Positions 40,281 through 55,258 of a stretch of 64,000 bases of DNA are shown here, piece by piece. The position numbers and the translations under genes were made by a program. Each line of letters begins with the position of its first letter. Within the stretch, counting starts at the first letter, position 1. This stretch comes from Octopus sinensis (taxonomy: Eukaryota): the NCBI RefSeq assembly GCF_006345805.1, contig NC_043015.1:5766001-5830000 (forward strand), written 5' to 3'. Below the pieces are notes generated by a model. That model was not told the origin of the DNA, searched no databases, and was given only the letters and a program-made list of their open reading frames with translations.

Positions 40281-40412
40281 AATTTGTGGTAGTAGTAGTA
40301 GTAGTTGTAGTAGTAGTAGTTTGTAGTAGTAGTAGTAGTAGTAGTAGCATTTGTGGTAGTAGTAGTAGTAGTAGTTGTAGTAGTATTATTATTATTATTA
40401 TTATTATTATTG

Positions 40413-40456
<44 letters not shown>

Positions 40457-40480
40457 TGTTGTTGTTGTTGTTGTTGTTGT
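40215..40480. repeat. Compound (TAG)n/(TAT)n/(TTG)n microsatellite
   Basis: Direct reading of the sequence. Confidence 0.95.
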
Positions 40481-41559
40481 AAGGATTAAGAGAAAAAAAC
40501 ATCGTCGCGTCTGTAAGTAATAGATTCGTTCCGGTTGATATAATTGCGCAAGATTAGGCGTTGTTTGAAATGGACTTAATGTACTTGTCATTCGTTGATG
40601 GGTTACAATAGTGAGATGGGTACACATTCGAATCCGGACGGACACCGAAATTTTAATAAGGTGCCAAAGATAGCTTCATCGGCAAACACTGTAGTATTGA
40701 GAACTGAGAGGTCACTACTGGCCCAATGAAGGATGAAGCCGATAAGCTTGTAGTTTGAACAGGAGATTCTAACGTCAAACACCAACGAGAGAGAGCGGAA
40801 AAGTTCCTGTCTTGGGTAAAAGAAAACATAGGAAGATCAGTTAATTATGATTTTATTCAACATATTGTCCTCTCAGATTCACACACTTATGGCAGCGGTC
40901 CTTCAATTTTTTTAAAGTCTTATAAATGAACTCGAAAAGTTGGCCTGCAGCCAGGCCTTCGCGACGCCCTTAAAACCAATAACTGTTCAGCACCCCTCTG
41001 ATATAGTTTCAACCGCTTGCTTTAAACAGTTGCATCATGGCAATATATTTCCAGTGGGGACACACATATCTTGTGTATTCGGAATTTATAACGTAAACTA
41101 AATTAACTAAATACTTCAAAGAACATTTTTCTGTTGTTCCACATATATTAGTATTCTAAAGCAACACATATTTATTCACTTAGTGACTACTGAACTTTAT
41201 AACAAGGTGAGACTCATACCCAGATTTCCACTTGCAGACATTTCATTCTTTAACAAATATATTTATTCGTGTTATAAGCAATGCTTGAGCAAATTTCCAA
41301 TTCACTATTTATCCTATAAATCTCATGTCTTGTCGTCGTCTGAAAAATAAATCGATCTAATCGATTTTTTTTCTTTATATTTCAATTTCATAGAACAAAG
41401 ATATGAAAAATAGTTTTACTTATATATGAAAAATGCATGAATGACTCTTAATTTCATTATCTTTCTCTTTCACATTTGATGCCCTCTTGCATGAAAAAAT
41501 ATTGTAAAGTTATATTTATATTTGTCTCGGGTACATGTAACAACGGTATTTAAGAATGG

Positions 41560-42830
41560 TATAAAGCTGTACAAGGAGGAAAAAGTGCAGGAGTGATAAT
41601 ATACTTAGTCAAATCAACCTGAAAAAGTGCAGGACAAGGAGTTATAGAAGCTTTCAAATATTGCTACTGAAGTTGGAATTTGAACATAAACTAAGTTATC
41701 GTTACAGTGAACACGGAAAGAGGAAAAATAATAGAGGGAAATGTAAGGTGCTTTGGACAGTACGTTCGTAATGTCGTTGAATTTAAACGGCCACATTTCC
41801 CCTTTAATACTCAGGTGCACCTGTTTGATTGTCCTGATACCCAGTGGTAAGCTGAGCGAGAGGAAGATGAATTAAATTTTGTGCATATTAGGAAAGGAGG
41901 TTTCTTGGTCAAGTATTACAGAAGATATTTGCATTTCGAAAAGTGATGATGTAATTCTTCAATGTTGTAAAACAAAGAATTATCAGGATAGGGCATTATA
42001 GTTACGACTGTCAAACTTGGTGAATAAGAAAATCGGACGTTTCATTCTTAATGACCTGATAATTACAAGTATATAAGAATCTGTAAAGTTTTATCAATCG
42101 AGAAAAATAATGAGTATTTATTTTTACATATTCACATTAAATCACTGATTTGGACCGTGGATCTAGCCATTTCTGCATCTAAGTCCTTATCCTGAGGTCC
42201 AGACCTTTCCCGAACAACACCGTAGTTTTTATGTGTTGTATGATTTTTTTTTTCGCTGTTACAATGGATTTTATGTGTGTTGGTGTGGTGAAATCGGAGT
42301 GTGTGACGTCTGTGTGGGTGTATGTGTGTTCCATTAATTCTTTATCGTTCCTGTTTATTGCTGTGTAGTTAATTATGTTTATATTCTACTGATGCTGGGA
42401 TGTCCGATGCAAGCGTTTTGTATGTGAATTGGGTTGTGCTTGTAATGATGGTATGTGTCATAACGATGGTGGTACTAGTAGTGATGGGACTGATGTTGTT
42501 GACGGTACTGTTGTAGCTGCTGTTGGAGATGGTGTTTGTGTATTGTTTCTCAAAGTATTCTCTCCCCTTTTGATTATACCGGTCAGGTTTTCATTTTCTT
42601 TTGTTTGGACCAGCTGATATTTTGCCATTTAGGCACTTCAACGCCCCCTCCACTACAAGGTATGCCTGAATGGGCCGGAAACGGACGGATCGTGTCTTGG
42701 GGAGATATTTGCTGTTGTCTTGATGTTAAAGTTGTTGTTGTTTCGAGGGATTCTATCCTGTTACTTTTGCTGCTGCCTATGATGCGGAAGCCATTAGTGT
42801 TTTTGAAAGAGATTTGGCCAATTTGACCTC
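41560..42830 (-). mobile_element. Heavily decayed LINE (ORF1 tail + APE-like remnant)
   Basis: VILDQET and WVSGQSNR words, preceded by a low-complexity Thr/Pro-rich stretch. Confidence 0.3.
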
Positions 42831-42949
42831 CGTGGAATTTGAACCCAGAACATAAAGACGGGTGACATGCTGCTAGCCATCTTAGTTGGCGTGCTAACGA
42901 TTCTTTCAGTTCTACGCCCTTTTAACTCAGGCGCCCTTTTAACTCAGGC

Positions 42950-43248
42950 GCCCTTTTCAAGACTAGCCAGGCTCATGGGCCCGGTTTACCGATTTCTATG
43001 GCGTATGTGTTCCCCCTATCTGGACGGGATGTCAGTCCACCGCAGCGTTACTCAAGAAACAGTAAGAAAGAGTGAGAGAAAGTTGGGGTGAAAGAGTACA
43101 ATAGGCTCGCCACCACCCTCTGCCGGAGCCTCGTGGAGCTTCAGGTGTTTTCACTCAATAAACGCACGCAACGCCCAGTCTGGGAATCGAAACCGCTATC
43201 CTCCGAGCACGAGTTCGCTGCCCTAACCACTGGGCCATTGCGCCTCCA
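42950..43248 (-). mobile_element. SINE family A, tail type 1
   Basis: Matches 4695..4988. Confidence 0.85.
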
Positions 43249-43879
43249 CTCTACGCTTTTTATAATGATAATAATCTTCAATATATTAAATAATTATAAT
43301 ATTCAATAATACCTGCATAGCAGGCTTTTAAAGCTCGATTTATATAATTTAATTACTAATGCATATAACAGGCATTAAATAATATTCTTTTACACTCTAG
43401 GTACAAGGCGCAAAATTTTGGGAGAGGGGGTGGCCAGTTGATTAAATCGACTCCAGTACGCAACTGGTACTTAATTTATCGACCCCGAAATGATGAAAGG
43501 TAAAGTCGACATCGGTGGAATTAGGCATTAAATAATCTTGAAAGATATATTTTTCAGTGGACTTCATTATGTATTACTGTCGTTTATATTTTCATCATCG
43601 ATGTTAGAATTCTCATAAATTCCGAATAATTTTCTGTCTTTTTTCTTCTTTTCTTTTTTAAAATTCGACTTTTTTTAAATTTTTGTTTTATCCCAATAAT
43701 CCTGTGTTGTGAGTAGCATCATAATTATTATTGTATTACATATTGAATTACGAAGCTGGGTTTGAAAATGAGATTTCATTACGTCTGATCCTCATGAATT
43801 TATGGCTAAACTATTTCGTTTCACTTTGGAAACGTTTCGGATTTTGCGTAATTTACATCACGATGTATGTGAGGATGAA

Positions 43880-44003
43880 GATAATGAGCATGGCGACGAT
43901 GACGATGACGATGACGACGACGACGACGACAGCGATGAAAATGATGACAACGACGATGACAACAATAAAGACAACGAGCATGACGATGTTATTGATGTTG
44001 ATA

Positions 44004-44057
<54 letters not shown>

Positions 44058-44545
44058 GTGATGATGATCACGACGATGATGATGGCGATGATAGCGATGA
44101 CGATATCGATGATAATGATGACAATGACGATGACAACAACAACGGCAACGACCACGACGATGTTGTTGTTGTTGATGATGATGATGATGACGACGATGGT
44201 GATGATGATCACGACGATGATGATGGCGATGATAGCGATGACGATATCGATAATGAAGTCGGTGATGATAATGATCGTGAAAATGACGACAGCGATTACG
44301 TGCATGAGTATTTCATATCGATTTTTATTCATCTGCTTATATAAGCATGTATATATGTATGTATGCATATATGTATGTATGTAGTATATATGTATGCATG
44401 TATGTATGTATCTATGTATGTATGTGTGTATGTATGTATGTATGTATGTATGTATCGACAACAACGATGATACTGATGATGACAATGATGATAACGAGTT
44501 GTGGTGGTGGTGGTGGTGGTGGTGGTGGTGGTGGTGATGATGATT
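43880..44545. repeat. (GAT/GAC)n low-complexity tract with internal ~58 bp duplication, then (GTAT)n and (GGT)n
   Basis: Direct reading. GGTGATGATGATCACGACGATGATGATGGCGATGATAGCGATGACGATATCGAT occurs at ~44057 and ~44198. Confidence 0.92.
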
Positions 44546-44814
44546 TCTTACATTGACATGACGTCACTCAAAAGTGTGTTGTGACGCGTTGTAGTATTGA
44601 TTGTATCCATGTCTGTGAGACTAAAAGTACTTATGACCATTTCCTAGGCCTCATGACCTGCTAGAAATAGCAGCGAAATACTTTTCATGCATATACTACT
44701 GCATTAAATTGTTGAGGCCCTTTTTTTCGTTTTGTTTTCTTCCTTTGAAGTCTTTCACAATATTCTGGAGGTTAATACAGAACAAAATGTTACCCAAATT
44801 CAACAAAATATAGG

Positions 44815-44971
44815 TATAATGTGGCTCTGTATCAAGAAACATACTTTCCAACCACATGGTTCCGGGTTCAGTCCCACTGCATGACACCTTAGCTGAGTGT
44901 CTTCTAGTATGGCCTCAGGTCAACCGAAGTCTTGTGAGTAGATTTCGTAGCCGAAGCTGAAAGAAGCCCAT

Positions 44972-45010
<39 letters not shown>

Positions 45011-45240
45011 ATATATTTATGTGTGTATATCTTTCTGTCTGTGTTTGTCCGCCAGCATCGCTTGACAACATATGTTGGTGTGTTTAAGTCCCCGTAACCT
45101 AGCGTTTCGGCATAAGACATCGATAGAATAAGTACTAGGCTTACAAAGAATAAGTCCTGGGTTCGATGCCTTCCACTATAAAAAACTCTTTATGGCTACA
45201 CTCCAGTATGGCCGTAGTGAAATGATTGAAACAAGTAAAA
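44815..45240 (+). mobile_element. SINE family B (diverged)
   Basis: Same head, body and tail. Confidence 0.75.
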
Positions 45241-45689
45241 CAATATCACTGTAAAATTATCGTTTAATACACTCACTAGTTTAGTCACTGGAATGCGGCC
45301 ATTCTAGGGAACCGTTTTGAAGGTATGAGTCATACAAATCGACAAAAGTATTTATTTTTAAGTCTGGTACATTGGTACATATTCTATTGATCTCTGTGCA
45401 GAACCGCTATCTTAAGTGGACGTAAACAAACCAACACAGGTTGACAAGCGGTGGAGAAACAACATCACACACATATATGATGGCTGCTCCATCTTCACAG
45501 ATGATTGCCGCTTGTTGGTTGTCAATGACATTTCTCACATTCCTTCTGGCATCAACTCAAAAGGCTCTATTCTTCGCTCCACTTCAGAACTGCATGGTTT
45601 GTAACATAGGTGATAGAAGAAAGATGTAACTGCCCTGGATTAATCGAATCACTTTGTGAGATACGATAACTGTGAACCGCCGTATAGTC

Positions 45690-46050
45690 TCTTCACACCC
45701 GAAATCTATCTACAAGCCTTTTCGTGCACGACACGCAGCGAATCACTCTGTTTAGGAGAGACAGATGTTGCCAACAGCTGATCTTTTATGTGACTTCAGA
45801 TGCTTGACATATGTTTTACACTTCCAACACTTTATTTTCCCATTTAAGATTTTGATCACAGCCCCCACCCCCACCCCAAAGACAGCGCTTTATGTTTTCG
45901 CGCTCAAGGCTATCCTGTTCAACAGTTTTACAACATTCCCTTATAATCTTCCTCCACTCAGCTCTTTCCGAAACTAGCTCTTCTCAGTTGTTTACGTTGA
46001 TTTGCAGTTCTCACAGATTACATTTTATGCAGACTTTACACCATGTTCTC
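45690..46050 (-). mobile_element. RTE-clade LINE 3' fragment next to the pogo remnant
   Basis: LASERAEWRKIIR..CKTVEQ resembles the C-terminal W..LA.DR..WR motif of RTE ORFs. Confidence 0.5.
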
Positions 46051-46074
46051 AATACATGATAATACATACCCTTT

Positions 46075-46487
46075 CTGATTACAAACCAATGGCACTCTAC
46101 AATCTGATCATCTAGATCAGCAGGCAGCTTTTGTGCGACCTTAATCCTCTGCCAAAGTACTTAATCATAACGTTTCATGAACCTAGTGTACCATCCAGCA
46201 CTTGCTTTGAAATCTGAAATTCCATCCTTCTTTCATTCATTTCGTGTACAAATTCGGATGACTGCACGAGTAACACGCTTTCAATTTTGACGATTTCAAG
46301 TACCCACACTGCAAATTTTTTCTTTAGTTTTGGCCATATTTCCTTTTTGGCATTGTCTGAAGTTCGTTAGATATGTTTCTTCAGTCTCTCACAGGTTTCT
46401 CTGAAACACAAAATTCCCTAGTTGCTACACAGCTATTTGTCTTCTCAGCAGCTTCAATAACTTTAAGTTTAAATGCTGCTGTATGTA
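46075..46487 (-). mobile_element. Decayed pogo/Tigger-type transposase N-terminus (Brinker-like DBD + CENP-B HTH)
   Basis: Frameshifted reading TAAFKLKVIEAAEKTNSCVATREFCVSEK..WPKL..WVLE..FKASAGWYTRFMKRY..AQKLPADLDDQI. Confidence 0.75.
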
Positions 46488-46499
46488 TATATCTATTTA

Positions 46500-47092
<593 letters not shown>

Positions 47093-47221
47093 CAACAATT
47101 GAGGGTAAAATTAATTAATTATTAATCAATTTCACCAAGTATTCAGTATGTAAAGGGACCATTTAAGGCGAATTCAAAATATTACATTTTATAAAGGGCT
47201 TAGTAAAATAACTTACTTTGC

Positions 47222-47270
<49 letters not shown>

Positions 47271-49879
47271 TATATTTTACCTGGAAGTCATTTTTATACT
47301 ATACGACCATATTCCACTGATGTTATACGGAAATTGAGGTCAGCTGAGCTGTAAAAACTCTGACCTAATTTCTTAAAATCCCGACAGACTTGATATTTAC
47401 ATTTTTCACGCCAAATTCCTTCACTGTCTTCTATTTTGTCACCTATTTTTTAACGTTTAAATTGCCATGAGATGAATCGTCAAAAGCTGCACGTCAAATC
47501 GAATCCTGCATTAAAGTAAAAAGGAATACCTGTGCAAATTATGTTATGCCATAAAAAGAGCCGCAAAAAAAAAAAAAAGGTCAGTATGAAACTTACTGTA
47601 ATAATATAACGTTAATGTATTTTGGCCTAGGTGCTATCGTATTGACGACGCTTACGATTAGTTGCGATTTTGTGGAATGCGTTCGCCACACGATTCTTAT
47701 AAGGTAAACAGTGTGTCTTTTTCTGTGTATATGTTGTCCCCCAGGGAAATGAAAAAAAAAAAAGGTTACAGGATGTCATGTACAGTTACCAGTAAAGGTT
47801 TACGATATGGTGTAGAGTTGTTAATAAGGAGCTGGGATTACCCTATTGTGTTCTGCAAAACCCCAGGGTTCCCTGAAAGTTATCAGGGGTTGTACGTTTT
47901 TAAAAAGAAAGGCGAAGCATTCCGCGGCAAAACAAGTTTGGGAATTACTGATCTAGCGATTAACTAAATGTTTTTTGGGCTTACCAAATCCATGCCTCTG
48001 TACGAATGCATACAGTGGTGTTTGCTGTTGTTCGCTGATAGTGCTGTCTGTGAATCACGTTTCTCACTATATAAGCAGATGAGCGTATGACGAATGCGTT
48101 TATCGCATTTGGAGATGAGGAAAATGTAAAGGTCGCATGGGAGCCACTGATCTAGCGATTAATTGAATGTTTTTAGGCTTACCAAAGCCATGCTTTTGTA
48201 CGAATTCAGTGTTCGCCAATATTACTATCTGTGAAACACGTTTTTCATCATGTAAACAACGAGTGTATGAAGCATGTGCTTATAGTGCTTGAAGATATAT
48301 GCAAACTTGCAGCATATCCTGTGCATACATTTTAGTAATAGTGATGTAGCACCCATCAACAGATGTGTAGTGCTCACTATTAAATGGTGTTTTACTATAA
48401 GCACTGAGCATTCTATTACAAGCACCAAGTATTTCACCTATAGCACAGGCTACAGTAAGGTAGCCGCACAATTTTGTAACAGTGTTATTTCTACGTACAT
48501 AAATGCTGTCCTCTCTCGGGTCGACTTTTATCCGGGGTCTACCGAAAATTCCTAACATTTTGCCCCAAAATAGGGTTAGAATTTTACATGAGGTTTGTGT
48601 GTTTTCTTTTGTGTGTGTATTCTCATGCACGTTGCATACCTTTAACATGCTCATATATACTTAAATGATAAACTTCTGGAGTATGTATGTATGTATTTAT
48701 GAGTGTCTGTATGTGTGTGTGAGTGTGTGTTTGTGTGTGTGTGTGTGTGAGTGTGTGTTTGTGTGTGTGTGTACCTGTATGTGTGTGTATATCTCACCAC
48801 CGCTTGACAATCGGTCTTAGTGTGCTTACGTCCTAGTAAATGACGGTTCAGCAAAACAGACCTATAAATAAATAGCAGGCTTTATACACACGCAAACACA
48901 CACACACACGCACGCACACACAAACACACAGAAAAACTATTACTGTGGTCGATTCGTAGGACCAAAATTTCTTGAAGACGGTGCTCCACCATGGCCACAG
49001 TTTAATGACAGAAACAAGTAAAAGCTAAATGATAAAAAGATACCAATATAGGTATTAACGTTGCACATCTCACGCAGCTCCTTATGATGGGCTGGTTAGC
49101 CACCTCATGCCGTAAAAGCCACTGTTTTAATTACATCGTATTTGTATATACCACAAAACTAATTTCTATCTCTTATCTAGGTCACCGAAAGACGACGCAT
49201 TCACTGTTTTTGACACGAAGAGACACAAGACCATTTCACAATACACAATACACAGGAGAAAACTCTCTTTCTTTCTTTCTTTCTTCCTCTCTTTCTTTCT
49301 TTCTTTATTTCTCTTCACATATATACACACACATACTTCCATCTATTCTCACTCATCTAACCGCACGCATACAAACACACAGACATACACTTCTATTCAT
49401 CCGCACCCAGCTATACGCGCGCAGACAAACACACACACACGCGCGCACATATATACTTATAGACGCCTCATTTTATGAGTCGGCTTTTCTTTTCTTTCTT
49501 TTCTTTTTTTTTCGTATTGTAGGTTGATGACAATTTTAATTGTACGGAACTCTGTATGTCTCGTCAACTGAAGGCTTCGCGGCTAGGGTCAAGAGTTCAC
49601 TCTGATTCCACTTGGTGATTTCGGCTTTAATCTTATGTGTAGCCACCGACCTATATTTTCTAACGGAAACCCAGTAGACACTAGTTGAATATATACTTAC
49701 ACGTGTATGTGTCTTTGTATTCACGCACACACATATCACTATACAGCTAGTGGCTCGTAAAATATGGGACTGATTTGACCGATACTTCACGGTCTTGTCA
49801 CAAGTGTCAGAAAATGTTACGGTAGAAATCGTTTTCACCTCAATAGACGCCATTGATTGGTTGAAATAGCCGAAATACA

Positions 49880-50040
49880 AGAAATTAAACAACAAATATG
49901 TTACAAACTACAGAATTTTCTCAAGAAAGCCAAGAGAAAACGTTGATTTATAAACACATTCTACTAGTATGCGAAGTTTTAAATTTTTTAGTTACATAGA
50001 AATTATTTAAAAAATTTGCCGGTCAAAGTGAAAAGATACC
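49880..50040 (-). mobile_element. Degenerate partial copy of the 32178..32617 MITE
   Basis: Reverse complement matches ~32190..32340. Confidence 0.7.
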
Positions 50041-51254
50041 CTGTTATTATTCTATCGGCTTATTATTCTATTTTGCCGAACAGCTAAGGTAAGGGGTAAT
50101 AAACAAACCAGCACCGGTTTTGAAGCAGTGGTGGCAGATAAAGACAGGCACATAAGCTATCGTAGGAGACACTTAACCAGGGAGTCATGCAGTGGAACTG
50201 AACTCGGAACCATGTGGTTGGGAAGCAAAATTCCTAACGGACAACCACACTGTTTTCATGATGGCAGAAGCGTTAGCACGCCGGGCGAAATGCTTAGCGG
50301 TATTTCACCCGTCGCTACCTTCTAAGTTCAAATTCCGCCGAGGTCGACTTTGCCTTTCATCCTTTCGAGGTCGATAAATTAAGCACCAGATAAGTACTGG
50401 AGTCGATGTAATTCGACTATCCCGCTCCCTACAAATTACAGGCCTTGTGCCAATAGTAGAAGGAAGTAGAGCTCTTAACCCTTTAGTGTTTAAACCGGCC
50501 ATATCAGGCCAAAATTGTCTGACTGTTTTATGCTCAAACCAGCCAGCTCTGACCTCTCACACCTACCCTACAACGTCATTCTAAAAATAAACAGGGACAT
50601 CATCAAAATCTCAGAGTTACAAGATGCTGTACAATTAATTTAAAACAATGTGATTAAACATGCTTTACATTTGACAGAGTAATCTGGACGCTAAAGGGTT
50701 AAGCTCTACGTCCCTACTTTGTCACCTTAGTTGACTATTTCTCTCTTCTTCCTTCTTTTAGCCGTTACCCCGACCGGCAAGTTTCACATCTGCGCAAATA
50801 CAAACGTTACGTTGTTGCTTATTCTTCCGTCCTTCTCTTTTCTTTTTTTTGTTCTCTTCCAATCTTCTTCACCCCCATCCTCCCACACTAAATACTTCAT
50901 ATTTATTTCATCTTCTTTCTCTTTCTCTCATAATCATTTTCTTTTTAACCAAACCTCTGCCCTTTTTTCTAGATAAGAAGTAATCATTGATAAATACTAT
51001 ACAATTTATGTCCTCGAACTTCAACCGAAATTCATACAAGGCGGCGTACGCTTTGTAATCATAAACAAGATTTTTATGAAACTCTAAAAGATGTAACATG
51101 TTGGTTTAGTTTGTAAGGATGTTTTATAAGTTGACACAATCTTTCTTCTTTAACACTGGTTTCTAAATTATGAGATTCTTTGATCGTTTGAGTTTCCTCT
51201 TCTCTTCTCTTTCTTATTTCTTTTTTTATTCCCTTTATTATTTCTTTCCTTCAT

Positions 51255-51315
<61 letters not shown>

Positions 51316-51344
51316 TCATTTTGTCTGCATGCATGTATGTATAC

Positions 51345-51554
51345 TCTTTTACTCTTTTCAGTCATTTGACTGTAGCCCTGCTGGAGCACCGCACCGCCTT
51401 TAGTTGAGCAAATCGACCCCAGGACTTATTCTTTGTAAGCCTAGTACTTATTCGATCGGCCTGTCTTGACGAACCACTAAGTTACGGCGACGTAAACACA
51501 CCAGCATTGGTTGTCAAGCGATGGGTGGGGGACAAACACAGACACACAAACATA

Positions 51555-51590
<36 letters not shown>

Positions 51591-51750
51591 ACGGGCTTCT
51601 TTCAGTTTCCGTCTACCAAATCCACTCACTAGGCTTTAGTAGGCCCGAGGCTATAGTAGAAGACAATTGCCCAAGGTGTCACGCAGTGGGACTGAACCCA
51701 GAACCATGTGGTTGGTAAGCAAGCTACTTACCATACAGCCACTCCTACGC
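51345..51750 (-). mobile_element. SINE family B
   Basis: Full-length copy. Confidence 0.88.
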
Positions 51751-51763
51751 ATTTTATTAAATA

Positions 51764-52133
51764 CTAGCAGTATCGCCCGGCGTTGCTCTGGTTTGTAAGG
51801 GAAATAACTATAAAGCATTTTTAGAGAGTTATAGCCAAAAAATGGAAAAAAAATGATGGTAAATTTTTTTTAGTTAAAAAGGTCGAGTTGCGTCCCCTAG
51901 ACAATCTGTGGTTTGTGCTTCTTATTCTCGACCCCATGTCGAATTTATCGATTTTTTTCAGAACTGGGGGAACTTTTCAAAATTTTCGCTGCGTTAGTTT
52001 TGAATTATGACATTGGGCTATGTGTGTGTCAAGTTTCATCAGAATCGGTTGAAAGCCGTGGTCAGGGTGAGGGTACAACCTAACAGACACACAGAAACAC
52101 ACACAGACAAACTGCCGTTTATATAGAGAGAGA
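51764..52133 (-). mobile_element. Non-autonomous Helitron (370 bp), same family as 5661..6621
   Basis: Minus strand A|TCTCTCTCTATATAAACGGCAGTTTGTCTG ... GCAACGCCGGGCGATACTGCTAG|T. The first ~250 bp match 5661..5920. Confidence 0.88.
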
Positions 52134-52289
52134 TTTCTTCAGATCTACTACTACCTACCTGCCGAGCCTTCACAGTACAAGGCTTTAAACAATTAAATAC
52201 ACTGGTCAATGCATTAGGCTATAATTCTTTAAGGCCGCTGCCTAAATACTGAAACGAGTAAACAGTAAACAAAGAAGATATACAGTGAT

Positions 52290-52760
<471 letters not shown>

Positions 52761-54059
52761 CGCGTAGTTTCGAACATACGTGAACGAGTACAGTTATATA
52801 AATAATATAGTTATAAAAATGGATCATCATTGGTTTTGCATTTCAGTTTATTTCTTTGTTTGCTGAAAACGCCCGATGTGCACACTACATTAGGGTCGAA
52901 TGGAGTGAGTAATTCCGCTGACACGTGTACGCTTAACGTAATCCTCATGCTGAATCAGACCGATACAGTGTTAGCTAAGGCTGCACCTTGAATTGAATAT
53001 ATAATCCATCCATTAAGAAATTACACTCATAGAAATGGGAAGCTAATTACCTTATGTAAAAGTCCTGGGTGAGATTAGCTTGTGATTTATTTGCTAAAAT
53101 TATTCTTCAAGCCAATAACTTCATTCTCGTTCTCTTCCGGGGTCTGAAGTTGAGGCAGTTGAAACAATTTAATAAGTAGCTGAATTGTTAAGTAGTTCGT
53201 ATGGAAGTAACGAAATCCAGTGTTCGATTCCACCGGGTGGTATCTTGGCTGACTTTTTTCACTGTCTCGATTTAAACCTATTTCTTTACTGCCCACAAAG
53301 GGCTACACACAGAAGGGACAAACAAGGACATGCATTATATCGACCCCAGTGCGTAACTGGTACTTATTTAATCGATTAAACAACTGATTAAATCGATTAA
53401 ACAACTGATTGCTTATCACCGAAACTGACGGAAATCCAGTTTTATTTTAGTTTTTTATTCAATTTCTAGAGCCTTAGATAGATGTGAAATTAACTTCACT
53501 ATAAGCAAATAGCTAATAATATTTTTTATGATAAGTACTTTTTTATAATCTGACAGAATGCTGTCATATACGATTAACATGGATTCAATCGATCGTACCC
53601 GTTCTCTGCAACGAACCTTTTACTCTGCAAATCATCAATATATTGTATTATAGCATAATACCTCTGGAAATCTCTGTTCATGTTTTACAAGCGCTTGTTT
53701 TCACAGCTGTCTTGTGCTTCGAGGAAAATTAGGCACTTTATCGAAATCGCATAAAGATGTTGGAACGCGTCCATCAAACAAATTTACGAACCATTTTGAG
53801 CCATCATTGGCAAGAACTTGATTGGACGAGAGTGACCAGCATAGACGCAGAGCTGTTACGTCACCAGCTGTGGTGTATTTTTTGCCGCGGTCGAAAAATG
53901 TAGATCAACTACCGCTGAAAATGTTCATATATGGAGAACTGCGAGAGTAAAGCTCCGTGGCGGCGAAAGAAATATCAGCTAGAATGGACATTCAAAATTT
54001 GTATGTATAATGTATGTATGTATATATGTATGTATGTTCGGTCACTTTCGAATGCTAAT

Positions 54060-54440
54060 AGTAACATGTAACCCACTACAACCGGTTGCATGGTCGGGTC
54101 GTCGGCGACTAAACCGGCAACCCCACCAAGCTTGGTGTGGAAGGTATTTATTGGACACCCCGCGGGATGAAAAATAAGACCCGTCAAAGGGCGGAGGAAC
54201 TCTTGAGAGTCAACGGTCATCCAATAAATGTCTTAAGGCTGTATCATGCGCGGGGACATAGAAATAATCGGACTGAATACCCGATCGCGCGGTTAAACCA
54301 TTGGGTGTGAAGGACTCCTAGCCTTTGTTAGGGCATCCTTCTAGGAGAAGGTAACTCAGGTTACTGGGATAACTCCGACATAAAACCTGCGGCTCAGTGG
54401 TTACCGATGATGTTGACTTGTTCTTCTTTTCGGATTATGG
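54060..54440 (+). mobile_element. Probable RTE LINE 5' UTR fragment
   Basis: GC-rich island containing CATCCTTCTAGGAGAAGGTAACTC..TAAAACCTGC, like RTE 5' UTRs. No ORF follows. Confidence 0.4.
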
Positions 54441-54850
54441 CTGCTGGTGTTTGTGAGTGGGATTGACTCAGTGCACAGCCTTTCCTCACTTTACAAAAAA
54501 ATTCTTGCACAGGCATTGCACGATAACAACATTGATTAAGCTTCGTGCAATGGCTATACTCGATAACAAGGGGACAGCCACCATGTATGTATGTATGTAT
54601 GTATGTATGTATGTATGTATGTATGTATGTATGTATGTATGTATGTATGTATGTATGTATGTGTGCATGTGTTTGTATGTAAGAGTAAAAATCAAAAAGA
54701 ATAAAATACTGTATATGCCCTTTCTGATGAACAATGAAATTTCAACTAACTGATATAAATAAGAAAGTACTTTTATTTGTGAATGTGTGAATGCATGTAT
54801 GCGTGACAGTGTCTCTGTGTTGCCATTGTTATGGAGGATCGTGTATTTTT

Positions 54851-55258
54851 AGGCGTACGAGTGGCTGTGTGGTAAGTAGCTTGCTTACGAAACACATGGT
54901 TCCGGGTTCAGTCCCACTGCGTGGCACCTTGTGTCTTCTACTATAGCATCGGGCCGACTAAAGCCTTGTGAGTAAATTTGGTTGACGGAAACTAAAAGAA
55001 TCCCGTCGTATATATGTATATATGTATATGTGTGTATGTGTTTGTGTTTCTGTGTTTGTCCCCCTAACATCATTTGACAACAGATGCTGGTGTGTTTACA
55101 TCCCCGTAACTTAGCGGTTAGGCGAAAGAGGCCGATACAATAAGTACTCGGCCTACAAAGAGTAAGTCCTGGAGTCGATTTGCTCGACTAAAGGCGATGC
55201 TCCAGCATGGCCAAAGTCAAATGACTGAAACAAGTAAAAGAGTAAAAGAGTAAAGAGA
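54851..55258 (+). mobile_element. SINE family B
   Basis: Full-length, with (GTAAAAGA)n tail. Confidence 0.88.

Noticed and set aside
40049-40645. Poly-Thr/Tyr/Asn ORFs
   Set aside because: Trinucleotide microsatellite.
41816-41847. Possible 32 nt exon (VHLFDCPDTQW) with good splice-like ends
   Set aside because: Overlaps a probable decayed LINE on the opposite strand and is too short to support.
43731-44485. Asp-rich, Met-rich and Ile-rich ORFs (180-217 aa)
   Set aside because: All are frames of a (GAT/GAC)n microsatellite. There is no non-repetitive coding content.
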